In this document: piece after piece, positions 32,761 through 40,681 of the stretch
Position numbering within the stretch: the stretch's first letter is position 1
Layout of the letters: every line of letters begins with the position of its first letter
From: a virus
DNA: 46,502 nucleotides
Virus record (IMG/VR): IMGVR_UViG_3300033148_000641
Span: 1 to 46,502 of that record
Strand: one strand, 5' to 3'
Program-made: the position numbers and the translations under genes
The notes under the pieces: model-generated
Told to the model about the DNA's origin: nothing
Seen by the model: the letters and a program-made list of their open reading frames with translations, nothing else
Database searches by the model: none

Positions 32761-35285
32761 TCATCATCAGAAGAATCTTCCAAACCATCAAAGTCTTCAA
32801 TATCTTCGTCCAACAGTTTAATACCTCTAAATCCGCTCCGGTTCCCTCCCAATTTACCATACCATATTTCCATATCTTCCAATGCACCCCTGAAACCCTG
32901 TTTAGTATCAATCCTATTTATTCCATAGGTATGACACCATTCATTGTAACTGACATAAAGGTCAGAGAGACAGGCAGTATCAGCGGTATCATGAGTCACC
33001 GTTATCCTTTCTTTTAAGAACAGGGCAACCGTATTAGATTCCGACAACCACACCTCTTTAGCCAACACACACGAATGTGGTTCTTTAAAGTCACCGCGCT
33101 CACGTAACCGCTGCAACCCCTGTAATGCTCTGTTGAGTACACCTGCTAGCTCTGTTTTAATAATCTGCTCAGGTAGGTCTGTTATAGCCCCATCATCGTG
33201 GAAGCCCCTATTAAATGGTATAACAGCCGCGCGACGCCTAAAGCCACGTGTCAAGTCCTTGGTCTTAGGATACCCATTACTCAACATGGTAACGGTACAG
33301 ACCTTGGAGAATTTAAACTTGGTATAACCCTTGGGATTAGCAGTGAGCTCACCATCCTCACTCAACTTCTTAAGAGTGCCATCTGGTAAGATGCTGTTCT
33401 TATTCATGTCATCATCGTAGATTAATAATTTTCCAGGAAGACTTTCATATGCGTGATTATCACCCCCTGCTCCTCCCTTAAATGCGTCGATTGATTCAGG
33501 CATAACCGAGTCACCTAATATAGCGGACAACACCTTCATAAGAGTTGTCTTACCATCGCCTCCTGGACCTTTGAATAACCAGAACTTAGCTGGACGTTTA
33601 TCAGGATGGAGGACGTAACCCATATATTCCTCAAAGTGACGGACGATATCCTCTGTGTCTTCAAAGTCACGGAATATTTGACGGATGGATTTATCAAACA
33701 AAGGACACTCCGCTCCAGGACTGTACTCTACCTCCAATAATTGTAGTAAGTAACTGGCAGGGCGATGAGGTCTTAACTTAGTCGTCCCGTCTTTGCGTAT
33801 CCATAGCTCACCGTTGTTACAGTTAATAACAGGGTGCGGACGCTCACGTAAGCGGAGGATATCTTTGTTGGTTGCGGTAAGACGTTCCATGATACTAAGT
33901 GACTCGGTGACCAGAGCGTTCTCCTTAACATCGATGTCAATCTTCTTACGCATGTCGTCGAGGACTTGTGTGATCTTTTTGCCTACGTACTGTTTAGTGA
34001 CATTCGACCAGAACTTTCCACTGTACATCCAGAACATACCACTGTCACTCATGACGAGGCCTTTCTTCTTATGGAATACTAGCTCCAAAGTCTTTTCAGC
34101 AAGGATTCTACCTAGGTCATCGATGATACGCTCTTTAATTTGTTTGACGACTGCGTTGAGTTGCCCCTTTGTCCACTTAAGAGCATGACAGATTATAGAC
34201 ATCGCCTTAACCTGTTCTATTGTACCGGCCTGTAATGATGCTCTTATGGCTTTAACAATATCATCTTCTGAACTGGCTTGATGTAGGTTGTTAGCGAGGT
34301 CAGTGGCTAGACCTACCTTGTATGACTTCTTGGTTTCAGGCTTGGACATTACATCATCAAAGTCATCGTCAAGACCATCATCCTCTGCGAAGTCTTCAAA
34401 GTCCTCACTGGCCGTTACGACAGCTGTGTCGCCACCATGTGCTAGAACTTCTTTGTAAAGGCTATTAACTGTTATGCTAACTGGTTTCTCACTTAGTGAT
34501 GTCCAACGACAGCGAATCAGATGCTCGTCGTCCGCGTATTCCAGATCATCCAACGACCATTCAAGGAATTCTTCAATACCCGCGCCATTAGTACCGTGAT
34601 GTGAGGCACACATGATTTTAAACCAGTCATCGTGCTCAGCAAAATCTTCTACATCAAGTTGCTCGAGTAATCGTGCGAGCTGATCACCATTGATAACACC
34701 TGCCTCACCCTGATTTTCAGGTATCTCATAAGCCAGTAATTCTAAGAGCTTTTTGGGTGCTTTAGGTTGCTCACCATAAGGGGGAGAGAAGTCGTCCCAG
34801 ACATAGTGATTACCATTAGGATGTTTACTACCAGCCGTTACAACCTGACGACCGACAGTCTTAAACTCAATACCTTTAAACTGGTCGATGGTCTCACGGA
34901 TGTTGACGTCTTTGGGCTTCTTCATATAATAGTGGAAGCCACCTGAACCGGTGATAACAGTTGGGCAACGGTCAGCTAAATCCTCTACGCCTAAGAATTC
35001 ACAGAGTTTAGCTAGACTATCTTCATCACCAAAGTTACGATGGTCAATGTCAATAATGATTTCATCGTCAGGTATTCTGTAACCTACATTGTAACTCTTC
35101 TTAATTAGTTCGAGTACCTTGCTGATATTTCCTTTGGACTTTGTCCAGTCAGGATATAGCGGGGTTTTACCTCGTTGTTGTACTTTCCCTTTCTTATCTG
35201 TCGTTTGTTTGTTCCATATATTTAGCGGTATGAGATCTGCGTCACCGTCTAAATAAGGTTTTAATTGCTCTTCATTAACAATCAT
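32751..35285 (-). CDS. Bifunctional primase-polymerase / SF3 helicase (P4/D5-type primase-helicase)
   Basis: Prim-pol motifs IIIDIDHRNF (DxD) and TGSGGFHYYMK. Walker A FKGPGGDGKTT. Walker B LLIYDDD. 844 aa. Confidence 0.85.
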   Translation of the reverse strand: MIVNEEQLKPYLDGDADLIPLNIWNKQTTDKKGKVQQRGKTPLYPDWTKSKGNISKVLELIKKSYNVGYRIPDDEIIIDIDHRNFGDEDSLAKLCEFLGVEDLADRCPTVITGSGGFHYYMKKPKDVNIRETIDQFKGIEFKTVGRQVVTAGSKHPNGNHYVWDDFSPPYGEQPKAPKKLLELLAYEIPENQGEAGVINGDQLARLLEQLDVEDFAEHDDWFKIMCASHHGTNGAGIEEFLEWSLDDLEYADDEHLIRCRWTSLSEKPVSITVNSLYKEVLAHGGDTAVVTASEDFEDFAEDDGLDDDFDDVMSKPETKKSYKVGLATDLANNLHQASSEDDIVKAIRASLQAGTIEQVKAMSIICHALKWTKGQLNAVVKQIKERIIDDLGRILAEKTLELVFHKKKGLVMSDSGMFWMYSGKFWSNVTKQYVGKKITQVLDDMRKKIDIDVKENALVTESLSIMERLTATNKDILRLRERPHPVINCNNGELWIRKDGTTKLRPHRPASYLLQLLEVEYSPGAECPLFDKSIRQIFRDFEDTEDIVRHFEEYMGYVLHPDKRPAKFWLFKGPGGDGKTTLMKVLSAILGDSVMPESIDAFKGGAGGDNHAYESLPGKLLIYDDDMNKNSILPDGTLKKLSEDGELTANPKGYTKFKFSKVCTVTMLSNGYPKTKDLTRGFRRRAAVIPFNRGFHDDGAITDLPEQIIKTELAGVLNRALQGLQRLRERGDFKEPHSCVLAKEVWLSESNTVALFLKERITVTHDTADTACLSDLYVSYNEWCHTYGINRIDTKQGFRGALEDMEIWYGKLGGNRSGFRGIKLLDEDIEDFDGLEDSSDDEWD

Positions 35286-35309
35286 CAGGGCGAATCCTTA
35301 TTGTAATTT

Positions 35310-35540
35310 TTATAGGTCGGGACGAAGTTCTATCGCTTTATAGTGTTCCCCTAGTGAACCATGAGCCTCTACAAGACTGGCTCCTTCTTTGCTAATACGA
35401 CCTCGCTCCTGCCAACCTTTAACAGTTGTATAATGAAGGTTCAACATTTTAGACAAGTGATTCACACCACCAGCCTCGTCTATCAGCGTATCTAACTGTT
35501 CTTTGTGAGCCTTCTTTAACTCGTCTAATGTTAAATTCAC
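35310..35540 (-). CDS. Cro/YdaS-like HTH regulator
   Basis: GGVNHLSKMLNLHYTTVKGWQERGRIS helix-turn-helix and C-terminal LRPDL. GTG start with AGAGGAA RBS. First gene of the minus arm. Confidence 0.65.
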   Translation of the reverse strand: MNLTLDELKKAHKEQLDTLIDEAGGVNHLSKMLNLHYTTVKGWQERGRISKEGASLVEAHGSLGEHYKAIELRPDL

Positions 35541-35595
35541 GTCGGTTCCTCTGAGTGTTATTAAATAGTGTCGGGTATTGTGCCTATAAAATCAC

Positions 35596-35623
35596 ATAAA
35601 GTAAAGCCTAAAATATAAAGTAA
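35596..35623. repeat. Two direct copies of ATAAAGTAA, 19 nt apart, in the divergent control region
   Basis: Copies at 35596..35604 and 35615..35623, read directly from the sequence. Confidence 0.7.
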
Positions 35624-35632
35624 TAAAAGGGG

Positions 35633-35661
35633 TTGCTTTTTACCTAAAGCTCAGGCATAGT
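35633..35661 (+). promoter_or_regulatory. Candidate early promoter TTGCTT-N17-CATAGT
   Basis: -35 at 35633..35638 and -10 at 35656..35661, 77 nt upstream of the ATG at 35738. Confidence 0.45.
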
Positions 35662-35737
35662 ACGCTCCACTGGCCGGATAAGTGTTTAACCAGTTAGCCA
35701 GTAAAACAGTAATCAACTATTTAATAAGGAGCCAACA

Positions 35738-36304
35738 ATGGCGAATTCAGTAACATACAACATTGACCTGATCCCTGAGAACGCGGATCTAATCAATAAA
35801 CTCAACAAGATTCTCATCACCGGTGAGACATCTTCCGCAGAAGAGCCATCCACGACCAGCAAGCCATCAACTACGGAACAAGTCCATGACGGTGATGACC
35901 TCACTATGGATGATCTGAAGACCGCTGCTAAAGCTGCCAAGAAAGATCACGGTGAAGAGTTTGCGATGGGTGTCCTTAAAGATGCCGGTGTTGCAATGAC
36001 TACTACTTTACTAGGTAGTATGAAGAAAGCTGACACCGACGATTATGCTGATATCATTGCAGCTTGGGAAGCCGGTCCACAAGAGTCTGATGACGGTCTA
36101 GGTGACGACGGTGACGACGGTCTCGGTGAAGACGATGCTGAAGTATCAGCCGAAGCGGTTAAGACAGCTCTCAAGGCTTATGCCAAAGAGACAGGTCGTG
36201 CTGAAGCTAAAGAGGTCATGACCAGCAACGGTGCCAAAGCGCTCAGCGATGTTGATGACTGTTCCCCAGAGCAGCTCGCAGCAATGATGAAAGCGATGGT
36301 GTAA
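35738..36304 (+). CDS. Highly acidic early protein with an internal duplication
   Basis: 188 aa, AGGAG RBS. Asp/Gly linker DDGLGDDGDDGLGEDD lies between two similar K-T-A-x-K-A..G...A..V helical units. Followed by a strong terminator. Confidence 0.7.
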   Translation: MANSVTYNIDLIPENADLINKLNKILITGETSSAEEPSTTSKPSTTEQVHDGDDLTMDDLKTAAKAAKKDHGEEFAMGVLKDAGVAMTTTLLGSMKKADTDDYADIIAAWEAGPQESDDGLGDDGDDGLGEDDAEVSAEAVKTALKAYAKETGRAEAKEVMTSNGAKALSDVDDCSPEQLAAMMKAMV

Positions 36305-36312
36305 CGGTTTGA

Positions 36313-36356
36313 CCCCGTAGCACTGGTCGGACATTGGTGCTACGGGGTTATCTTTT
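36313..36356 (+). terminator. Rho-independent terminator
   Basis: CCCCGTAGCAC-N13-GTGCTACGGGG: a perfect 11-bp stem followed by TTATCTTTT. Confidence 0.9.
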
Positions 36357-36380
36357 AAATTAGTTAAGAGGTAAACAGTA

Positions 36381-36542
36381 ATGAAAGAAGCAAAGTTTAT
36401 TCGCAAAGGTCGTGTTATCACCAATGTTGAAACAGGTGATTCTAAACACTACGAATTCATCAATGAAGCCAAACGCGAGAGCCACAATATCCAACTGTCT
36501 GAAGACGGTGCTCTTGGTCGCGGTTCATTGGTAGTACAGTAA
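36381..36542 (+). CDS. Small hypothetical protein (53 aa)
   Basis: ATG preceded by GAGGTAAACAGTA. Below the ORF-track cutoff. Fills the space between the terminator and the next control region. Confidence 0.45.
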   Translation: MKEAKFIRKGRVITNVETGDSKHYEFINEAKRESHNIQLSEDGALGRGSLVVQ

Positions 36543-36635
36543 CTCCCTACCTTGGGATAAATCGGTTGATTAGTGATAAGATCCCCCTAAACTCTCCTAT
36601 CACTACCGTCAACTCCGGACAGCGTAACCGGAACT

Positions 36636-36675
36636 ATTTGATAAAAGTTAGAATTGATCCTTGCTTTTATCAAAT
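36636..36675. promoter_or_regulatory. Perfect 12-bp inverted repeat ATTTGATAAAAG-N16-CTTTTATCAAAT overlapping a promoter
   Basis: Arms at 36636..36647 and 36664..36675. The right arm overlaps the TTGCTT -35 element and the spacer. Confidence 0.6.
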
Positions 36676-36689
36676 ATGTGAGTAATAAT
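36661..36689 (+). promoter_or_regulatory. Candidate promoter TTGCTT-N17-AATAAT
   Basis: -35 at 36661..36666 and -10 at 36684..36689, followed by the leader ACACTAAAACAGAGATACAGGTAAACAGTC and the ATG at 36726. Confidence 0.5.
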
Positions 36690-36725
36690 GAATTCACACT
36701 AAAACAGAGATACAGGTAAACAGTC

Positions 36726-37448
36726 ATGAACCAAGACAGAATTATTGCAAAGATGAAGAAGCTCCTCGCAATGGCCGAGGGTACTGCTAATGAGAATGAA
36801 GCGATGTCTGCTGCTAGACAACTTCATGCCATGTTAGCAAAGCATAATATCTCTATGGAAGATCTTTCCAGTGAAGAGAATCCTGTAAACAAAGACGGTA
36901 TTGAAACAGCCAATCGACCTTGGAAGCGTATCGTAGCATCTAAAATAGCTGAACTTTATTTCTGTAGTTTCTATTTCCAAGATTCATACAAATCCGGTAA
37001 AGCACATTATATGTTCGTAGGTACAGAAGCGAATCGTACCTTTGCCATATACATATTCAAGATGATTGTTAAGGTAGTAGAAAAAGGAGCTCGTGTTGAA
37101 TCCAAGAAACGCTATGGTAAAGAAGATTGCGGCTTTGTTAACTCTTTCTGGACAGGCGCTAAGACACGAATTACAGAACGCTGCAACGAACTTATAGGAG
37201 CGGCCAAAGCAGGAACTCTTGAAGATGAAGAAGGTAATACTCTCCCCGCTTTGCTCTCCACTTATGAACAGACCAAGATCACTCTAGATGCATGGTGTTC
37301 AGATAACTTGAGTCTTTCTAAAGTCAGTAACAGAACACGCGCCACCAATGCAGCCGGTTACAATAAAGGTCAAGAGGCTGGTAATCGTGTTCAGCTTTCA
37401 CGAACTCTTCATGGTAATCAATCACCTAAACTATTGGGAGCAGGGTGA
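36726..37448 (+). CDS. DUF2786-like protein
   Basis: N-terminal IIAKMKKLLAMAEGTANENEAMSAARQLHAMLAKHNI matches the remembered DUF2786 signature. Confidence 0.6.
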   Translation: MNQDRIIAKMKKLLAMAEGTANENEAMSAARQLHAMLAKHNISMEDLSSEENPVNKDGIETANRPWKRIVASKIAELYFCSFYFQDSYKSGKAHYMFVGTEANRTFAIYIFKMIVKVVEKGARVESKKRYGKEDCGFVNSFWTGAKTRITERCNELIGAAKAGTLEDEEGNTLPALLSTYEQTKITLDAWCSDNLSLSKVSNRTRATNAAGYNKGQEAGNRVQLSRTLHGNQSPKLLGAG

Positions 37449-37672
37449 TGTTACAGTTAACCAATAAGGCCAAACTATTTAAGATAGCTAACAAAAAGTC
37501 TCTCATTATAAGCGGTGCGATGTTAGATAAGGATAAGCAGGATGTACAGAATCCTTTCACTGATCATGTTTATACCCGTTATCAGTTAGAAAACGGACAA
37601 GGGTTTGACCTTACATTGAAAGATACAAAATCATTATATGATAATGGTTTTCTACCAAACTGGAAAATCTAA
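37445..37672 (+). CDS. Hypothetical protein
   Basis: 75-aa ORF with ATGA-type overlap to the upstream gene. Confidence 0.55.
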   Translation: MMLQLTNKAKLFKIANKKSLIISGAMLDKDKQDVQNPFTDHVYTRYQLENGQGFDLTLKDTKSLYDNGFLPNWKI

Positions 37673-37675
37673 CTA

Positions 37676-37834
37676 ATGCAACAAACGTATGACGAATGGA
37701 AAGCCGACGGATACCAAGTTCGCAAAGGTGAAACGGCTGTAGATACTAACGATGACGGTGAGAAGGTATTTGATGAAGACCAAGTGTTTGACCCAGATGA
37801 CCCTGATAACCGTTATGAACTTTACTTTGATTAA
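37676..37834 (+). CDS. Small acidic hypothetical protein (52 aa)
   Basis: The ATG at 37676 lies 3 nt after the upstream stop. W-x3-GY-x-V-x-KGE motif. Its stop is embedded in the leader motif of the next gene. Confidence 0.4.
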   Translation: MQQTYDEWKADGYQVRKGETAVDTNDDGEKVFDEDQVFDPDDPDNRYELYFD

Positions 37835-37851
37835 AACAGGAAAACAGTAAG

Positions 37852-39108
37852 ATGACAACACACGCAAGATTATCACCAAGCGGAGCAAAGCGATGGATGA
37901 CATGTCCTGGATCTATTGCTCTAGTGGAAAGCCTAAATATCGAAGATAGCTCCAGCAAATATGCCGCCGAAGGTACGGTAGCTCACGAGGTTCATGAAAA
38001 GTGCTTACTTGAAAAATTAGAAGCTAAACACTTTTTAGGATACAAGTTTCAAGCCGACGGCATGGAGTTCACAGTCAATCAGAACATGGTTGATGCTGTG
38101 CAGGAAAGTCTTGACTATATCCGTACACGTATTGAAGAGGCTGAAGACTTTGGTCTACGTGTTGAGATGTTGGTTGAAGTTCGTTCCTCACTGAAGTTTC
38201 TAAAGATTCCCGGACTTGATGGTGGTACTGCCGACGTTATTCTTTTATTCTGGGATGGTGAAGACTGTGTTGAAGTTGAGATCATCGACTATAAACATGG
38301 TCAGGGAGTTGCGGTAGAGGTTATCGATAATCCTCAGGCCATGTGTTATGGATTGGGTGTTATCTATCTTCCCGCATTAAACGGTTCCAGCGTGATGGAT
38401 GGTGTTAAGATTACCATCAGTCAGCCAAGGGCGTTCCATCCAGACGGTCCTATCCGTACATGGGAAACCACTAAAGATTATCTCCGTAACTGGGAAGATG
38501 ATGAACTAGTGCCAAAGGCTAAAGCCACATTGGAGCCTAAAGCTAAACTCGTACCAAGTGATGACGGTTGCCGGTTCTGCGGTGCTAATGGGCAATGCTC
38601 AGCCTTGTATGACAAGACTCAAGAGATAGCGATTGCGGACTTTGCTGAAGACAGTTTCCCAGATCCACTGGTTATGACCGCTGAACAGAAGATGATTGTC
38701 ATGGAGCATGCTTCAATGCTCAGGGCGTTTATTGTAGCGGTAGAGGCTAATGTCCAGCAAGAAGTCGACAAAGGTTCCACTGATTATGAAGAGCATTATA
38801 AGTTGGTTCGTAAAACAACCCAGCGTAGACTTAAAGAAGATGCGCTAGACGCTGACTTCTCCCCCTTGCTAGAATATCTTGATGAAGAAGAGTTCTACGA
38901 GCGCAAGCCGAAAGCAATGGGGGCGCTTGAGAAAGCAGTTAAAGAAAAGATGAAAGCAGATGGCGTGAAAGGTTTCGTCAAAGCTGCTAAAGAGATTATG
39001 AGTGAAGTTACTTTCAAGCCAGAAGGTTCGTTGGTAATAGCACCCATGTCTGATAAGAGAAGAGCTGTCCAAGCTTCTCTTACCAGTGATTTTAAAGACT
39101 TGGACTAA
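37852..39108 (+). CDS. PD-(D/E)XK exonuclease, Cas4-like (DUF2800-like)
   Basis: N-terminal RLSPSGAKRWMTCPGS, IIDYKHGQG (D..K), C-terminal CRFCGANGQC cysteine cluster. Confidence 0.75.
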   Translation: MTTHARLSPSGAKRWMTCPGSIALVESLNIEDSSSKYAAEGTVAHEVHEKCLLEKLEAKHFLGYKFQADGMEFTVNQNMVDAVQESLDYIRTRIEEAEDFGLRVEMLVEVRSSLKFLKIPGLDGGTADVILLFWDGEDCVEVEIIDYKHGQGVAVEVIDNPQAMCYGLGVIYLPALNGSSVMDGVKITISQPRAFHPDGPIRTWETTKDYLRNWEDDELVPKAKATLEPKAKLVPSDDGCRFCGANGQCSALYDKTQEIAIADFAEDSFPDPLVMTAEQKMIVMEHASMLRAFIVAVEANVQQEVDKGSTDYEEHYKLVRKTTQRRLKEDALDADFSPLLEYLDEEEFYERKPKAMGALEKAVKEKMKADGVKGFVKAAKEIMSEVTFKPEGSLVIAPMSDKRRAVQASLTSDFKDLD

Positions 39109-39135
39109 TTAAACTTAAAACAGGAAACAGTCAAA

Positions 39136-39705
39136 ATGGCTAAAATGGTAATACAGAATGTCCGTTGTTCTTACGTGTATGTAGCAAATCCTCGTAAGGA
39201 TAAGGAAGATGGTTCCAGTGGTGGTTACGGTACTCAGATTCTTCTGGCTAAGAACGATGCTCAAGCTAAGAAGTTGAAGGGTCTTATCAAGAAAGTTCTG
39301 ATTGAAGCGGTCGGTGAAGACGCTGCTAAGAAACTTGGTAAGTTCAAACTACCGCTACGTGATGGTGACGATGAGCGCGATGGTGAAGAGTACGAAGGTA
39401 TGTACTTCATGAATGCAAATGCAGGTAAAAAACCTGGAATTGTGAATCGCTCAAATGAACCAGCGGATCAAGATGATATTGAAGAATATTGTTACAGTGG
39501 TGCATATTTCCATGTATCAGTGAACATCTATTTCTTCAAAGCTAAAGACGGTGGGAAACCTGGAATTGCTCTTGGTCTGAACAATGTTATGCTTCGTAAG
39601 AAGGGTGATCGTCTAGACGGTAGTGTTGCTGCGACGGAAGACTTTGCTGACTTCGCAGATGATGGTGCCGGTGACGACGACTTTGACGAAGACAACTGGG
39701 ACTAA
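39136..39705 (+). CDS. ssDNA-binding protein (DUF2815-like)
   Basis: Position after the DUF2800-like gene. Acidic C-terminal tail DDGAGDDDFDEDNWD, as in SSB-type proteins. Confidence 0.6.
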   Translation: MAKMVIQNVRCSYVYVANPRKDKEDGSSGGYGTQILLAKNDAQAKKLKGLIKKVLIEAVGEDAAKKLGKFKLPLRDGDDERDGEEYEGMYFMNANAGKKPGIVNRSNEPADQDDIEEYCYSGAYFHVSVNIYFFKAKDGGKPGIALGLNNVMLRKKGDRLDGSVAATEDFADFADDGAGDDDFDEDNWD

Positions 39706-39716
39706 GTAGTATTGAT

Positions 39717-39751
39717 TCGGGGTGGCTTTTTGGTCATCCCGAGTTATTTTT
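39717..39751 (+). terminator. Rho-independent terminator
   Basis: TCGGGGTG-N10-CATCCCGA (one G-U pair) followed by GTTATTTTT. Confidence 0.7.
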
Positions 39752-39771
39752 CATAATTATGAATAAAAGTC

Positions 39772-39800
39772 TTGCTTTCTTCGTGATTATGAATAATAAT
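39772..39800 (+). promoter_or_regulatory. Candidate promoter TTGCTT-N17-AATAAT
   Basis: -35 at 39772..39777 and -10 at 39795..39800. Flanked by two ATTATGAATAA direct repeats. Followed by AACACTAAAACAGGAAAACAGTC and the ATG at 39848. Confidence 0.5.
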
Positions 39801-39847
39801 GATTCCAAGCTGAACTTCAGCATAAACACTAAAACAGGAAAACAGTC

Positions 39848-40312
39848 ATGAAAAACTTAAATACATTCACCAAGGTTCAACTTGAGAAGCTTACTCTTAA
39901 AGAGATCACTGCTCAATACAATGCAGTAGCTTGTGAGTTGCTTGAGAACACTGTCAAGAAGTTCCGTGATAAACCCACTGCGATTAAGCGTACTCTTGAT
40001 CTCCAGAAGCAGCTACCTAAGAAGGAAGCTCCAAAGGCTAAAGCGGCTCCAAAGGCTAAAGCTACCACTACTAAATCTAAGTTCGATATGTCAGCTAAGA
40101 TTTCTACTGAAGAGTTCGGCGGTGCTGATGGTACTATTGAAGCTCGTATTCACGGAGCCATCGGTGCAGGTTGTGACACTGTGCAGAAGGTCGTAGACCA
40201 TGTGGTTAAACATCACAAGCGTCCTCGTAGCGGTCTCAATGTCGATACCCAGTATGCCATTCACAATATCAAGTGGTTCGTTAAGAAGGGTCATCTGAAG
40301 CTCGGTAAGTAA
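39848..40312 (+). CDS. Hypothetical protein with Lys/Ala/Pro linker
   Basis: 154 aa. N-domain, KKEAPKAKAAPKAKATTTKSK linker, and a basic C-domain. Confidence 0.6.
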   Translation: MKNLNTFTKVQLEKLTLKEITAQYNAVACELLENTVKKFRDKPTAIKRTLDLQKQLPKKEAPKAKAAPKAKATTTKSKFDMSAKISTEEFGGADGTIEARIHGAIGAGCDTVQKVVDHVVKHHKRPRSGLNVDTQYAIHNIKWFVKKGHLKLGK

Positions 40313-40313
40313 G

Positions 40314-40487
40314 ATGCGAAGAGCAGGGTGCAAGGCCAGACAAGAAAGTGACCAAATGTGTTGCGGTCAGTGTGGTCTTGCTTGGGATGTAAATGATCAA
40401 GACCCGCCTGAATGTCGTGACCGAAAGTGGCACGATAAGCAAAGAGGGTTCGCAGTTTTAAAGCGTCTAAAGGAGATGTTGAAATGA
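40314..40487 (+). CDS. Small Cys-rich protein (57 aa)
   Basis: The ATG at 40314 lies 1 nt after the upstream stop. Contains MCCGQCG...PPEC. Its TGA overlaps the next ATG (ATGA). Confidence 0.35.
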   Translation: MRRAGCKARQESDQMCCGQCGLAWDVNDQDPPECRDRKWHDKQRGFAVLKRLKEMLK

Positions 40488-40681
40488 ATGATCCAGCATC
40501 AGGGTGTTTCCGTTGTCGCAGAGACCGACATTGTCCTGGATGTCCTAATGAAGTTAAGAGGGACATGTTAAAGACTTTAGAACAGAGTACAGGGGCGTCA
40601 GTTGTTATGCTCCTATTTATAATACTATTTAGCTTACTAGGTGAAAAATTATGCACTTCCTTATTGACTTTGATAAACTAG
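40484..40681 (+). CDS. Small Cys-rich protein with C-terminal hydrophobic segment
   Basis: 65 aa with CFRCRRDRHCPGCP followed by VVMLLFIILFSLLG. Confidence 0.4.
   Translation: MNDPASGCFRCRRDRHCPGCPNEVKRDMLKTLEQSTGASVVMLLFIILFSLLGEKLCTSLLTLIN

Noticed and set aside
32669-32911. 80-aa minus-strand ORF overlapping the primase 3' end
   Set aside because: It is an alternative frame inside the well-supported 844-aa primase-helicase gene, with no RBS or motif.
35310-35540. Cro-like gene taken as evidence for a temperate lifestyle
   Set aside because: No integrase, excisionase, CI-type repressor, partition or protelomerase gene was seen in the complete genome, so the lifestyle call is left open.
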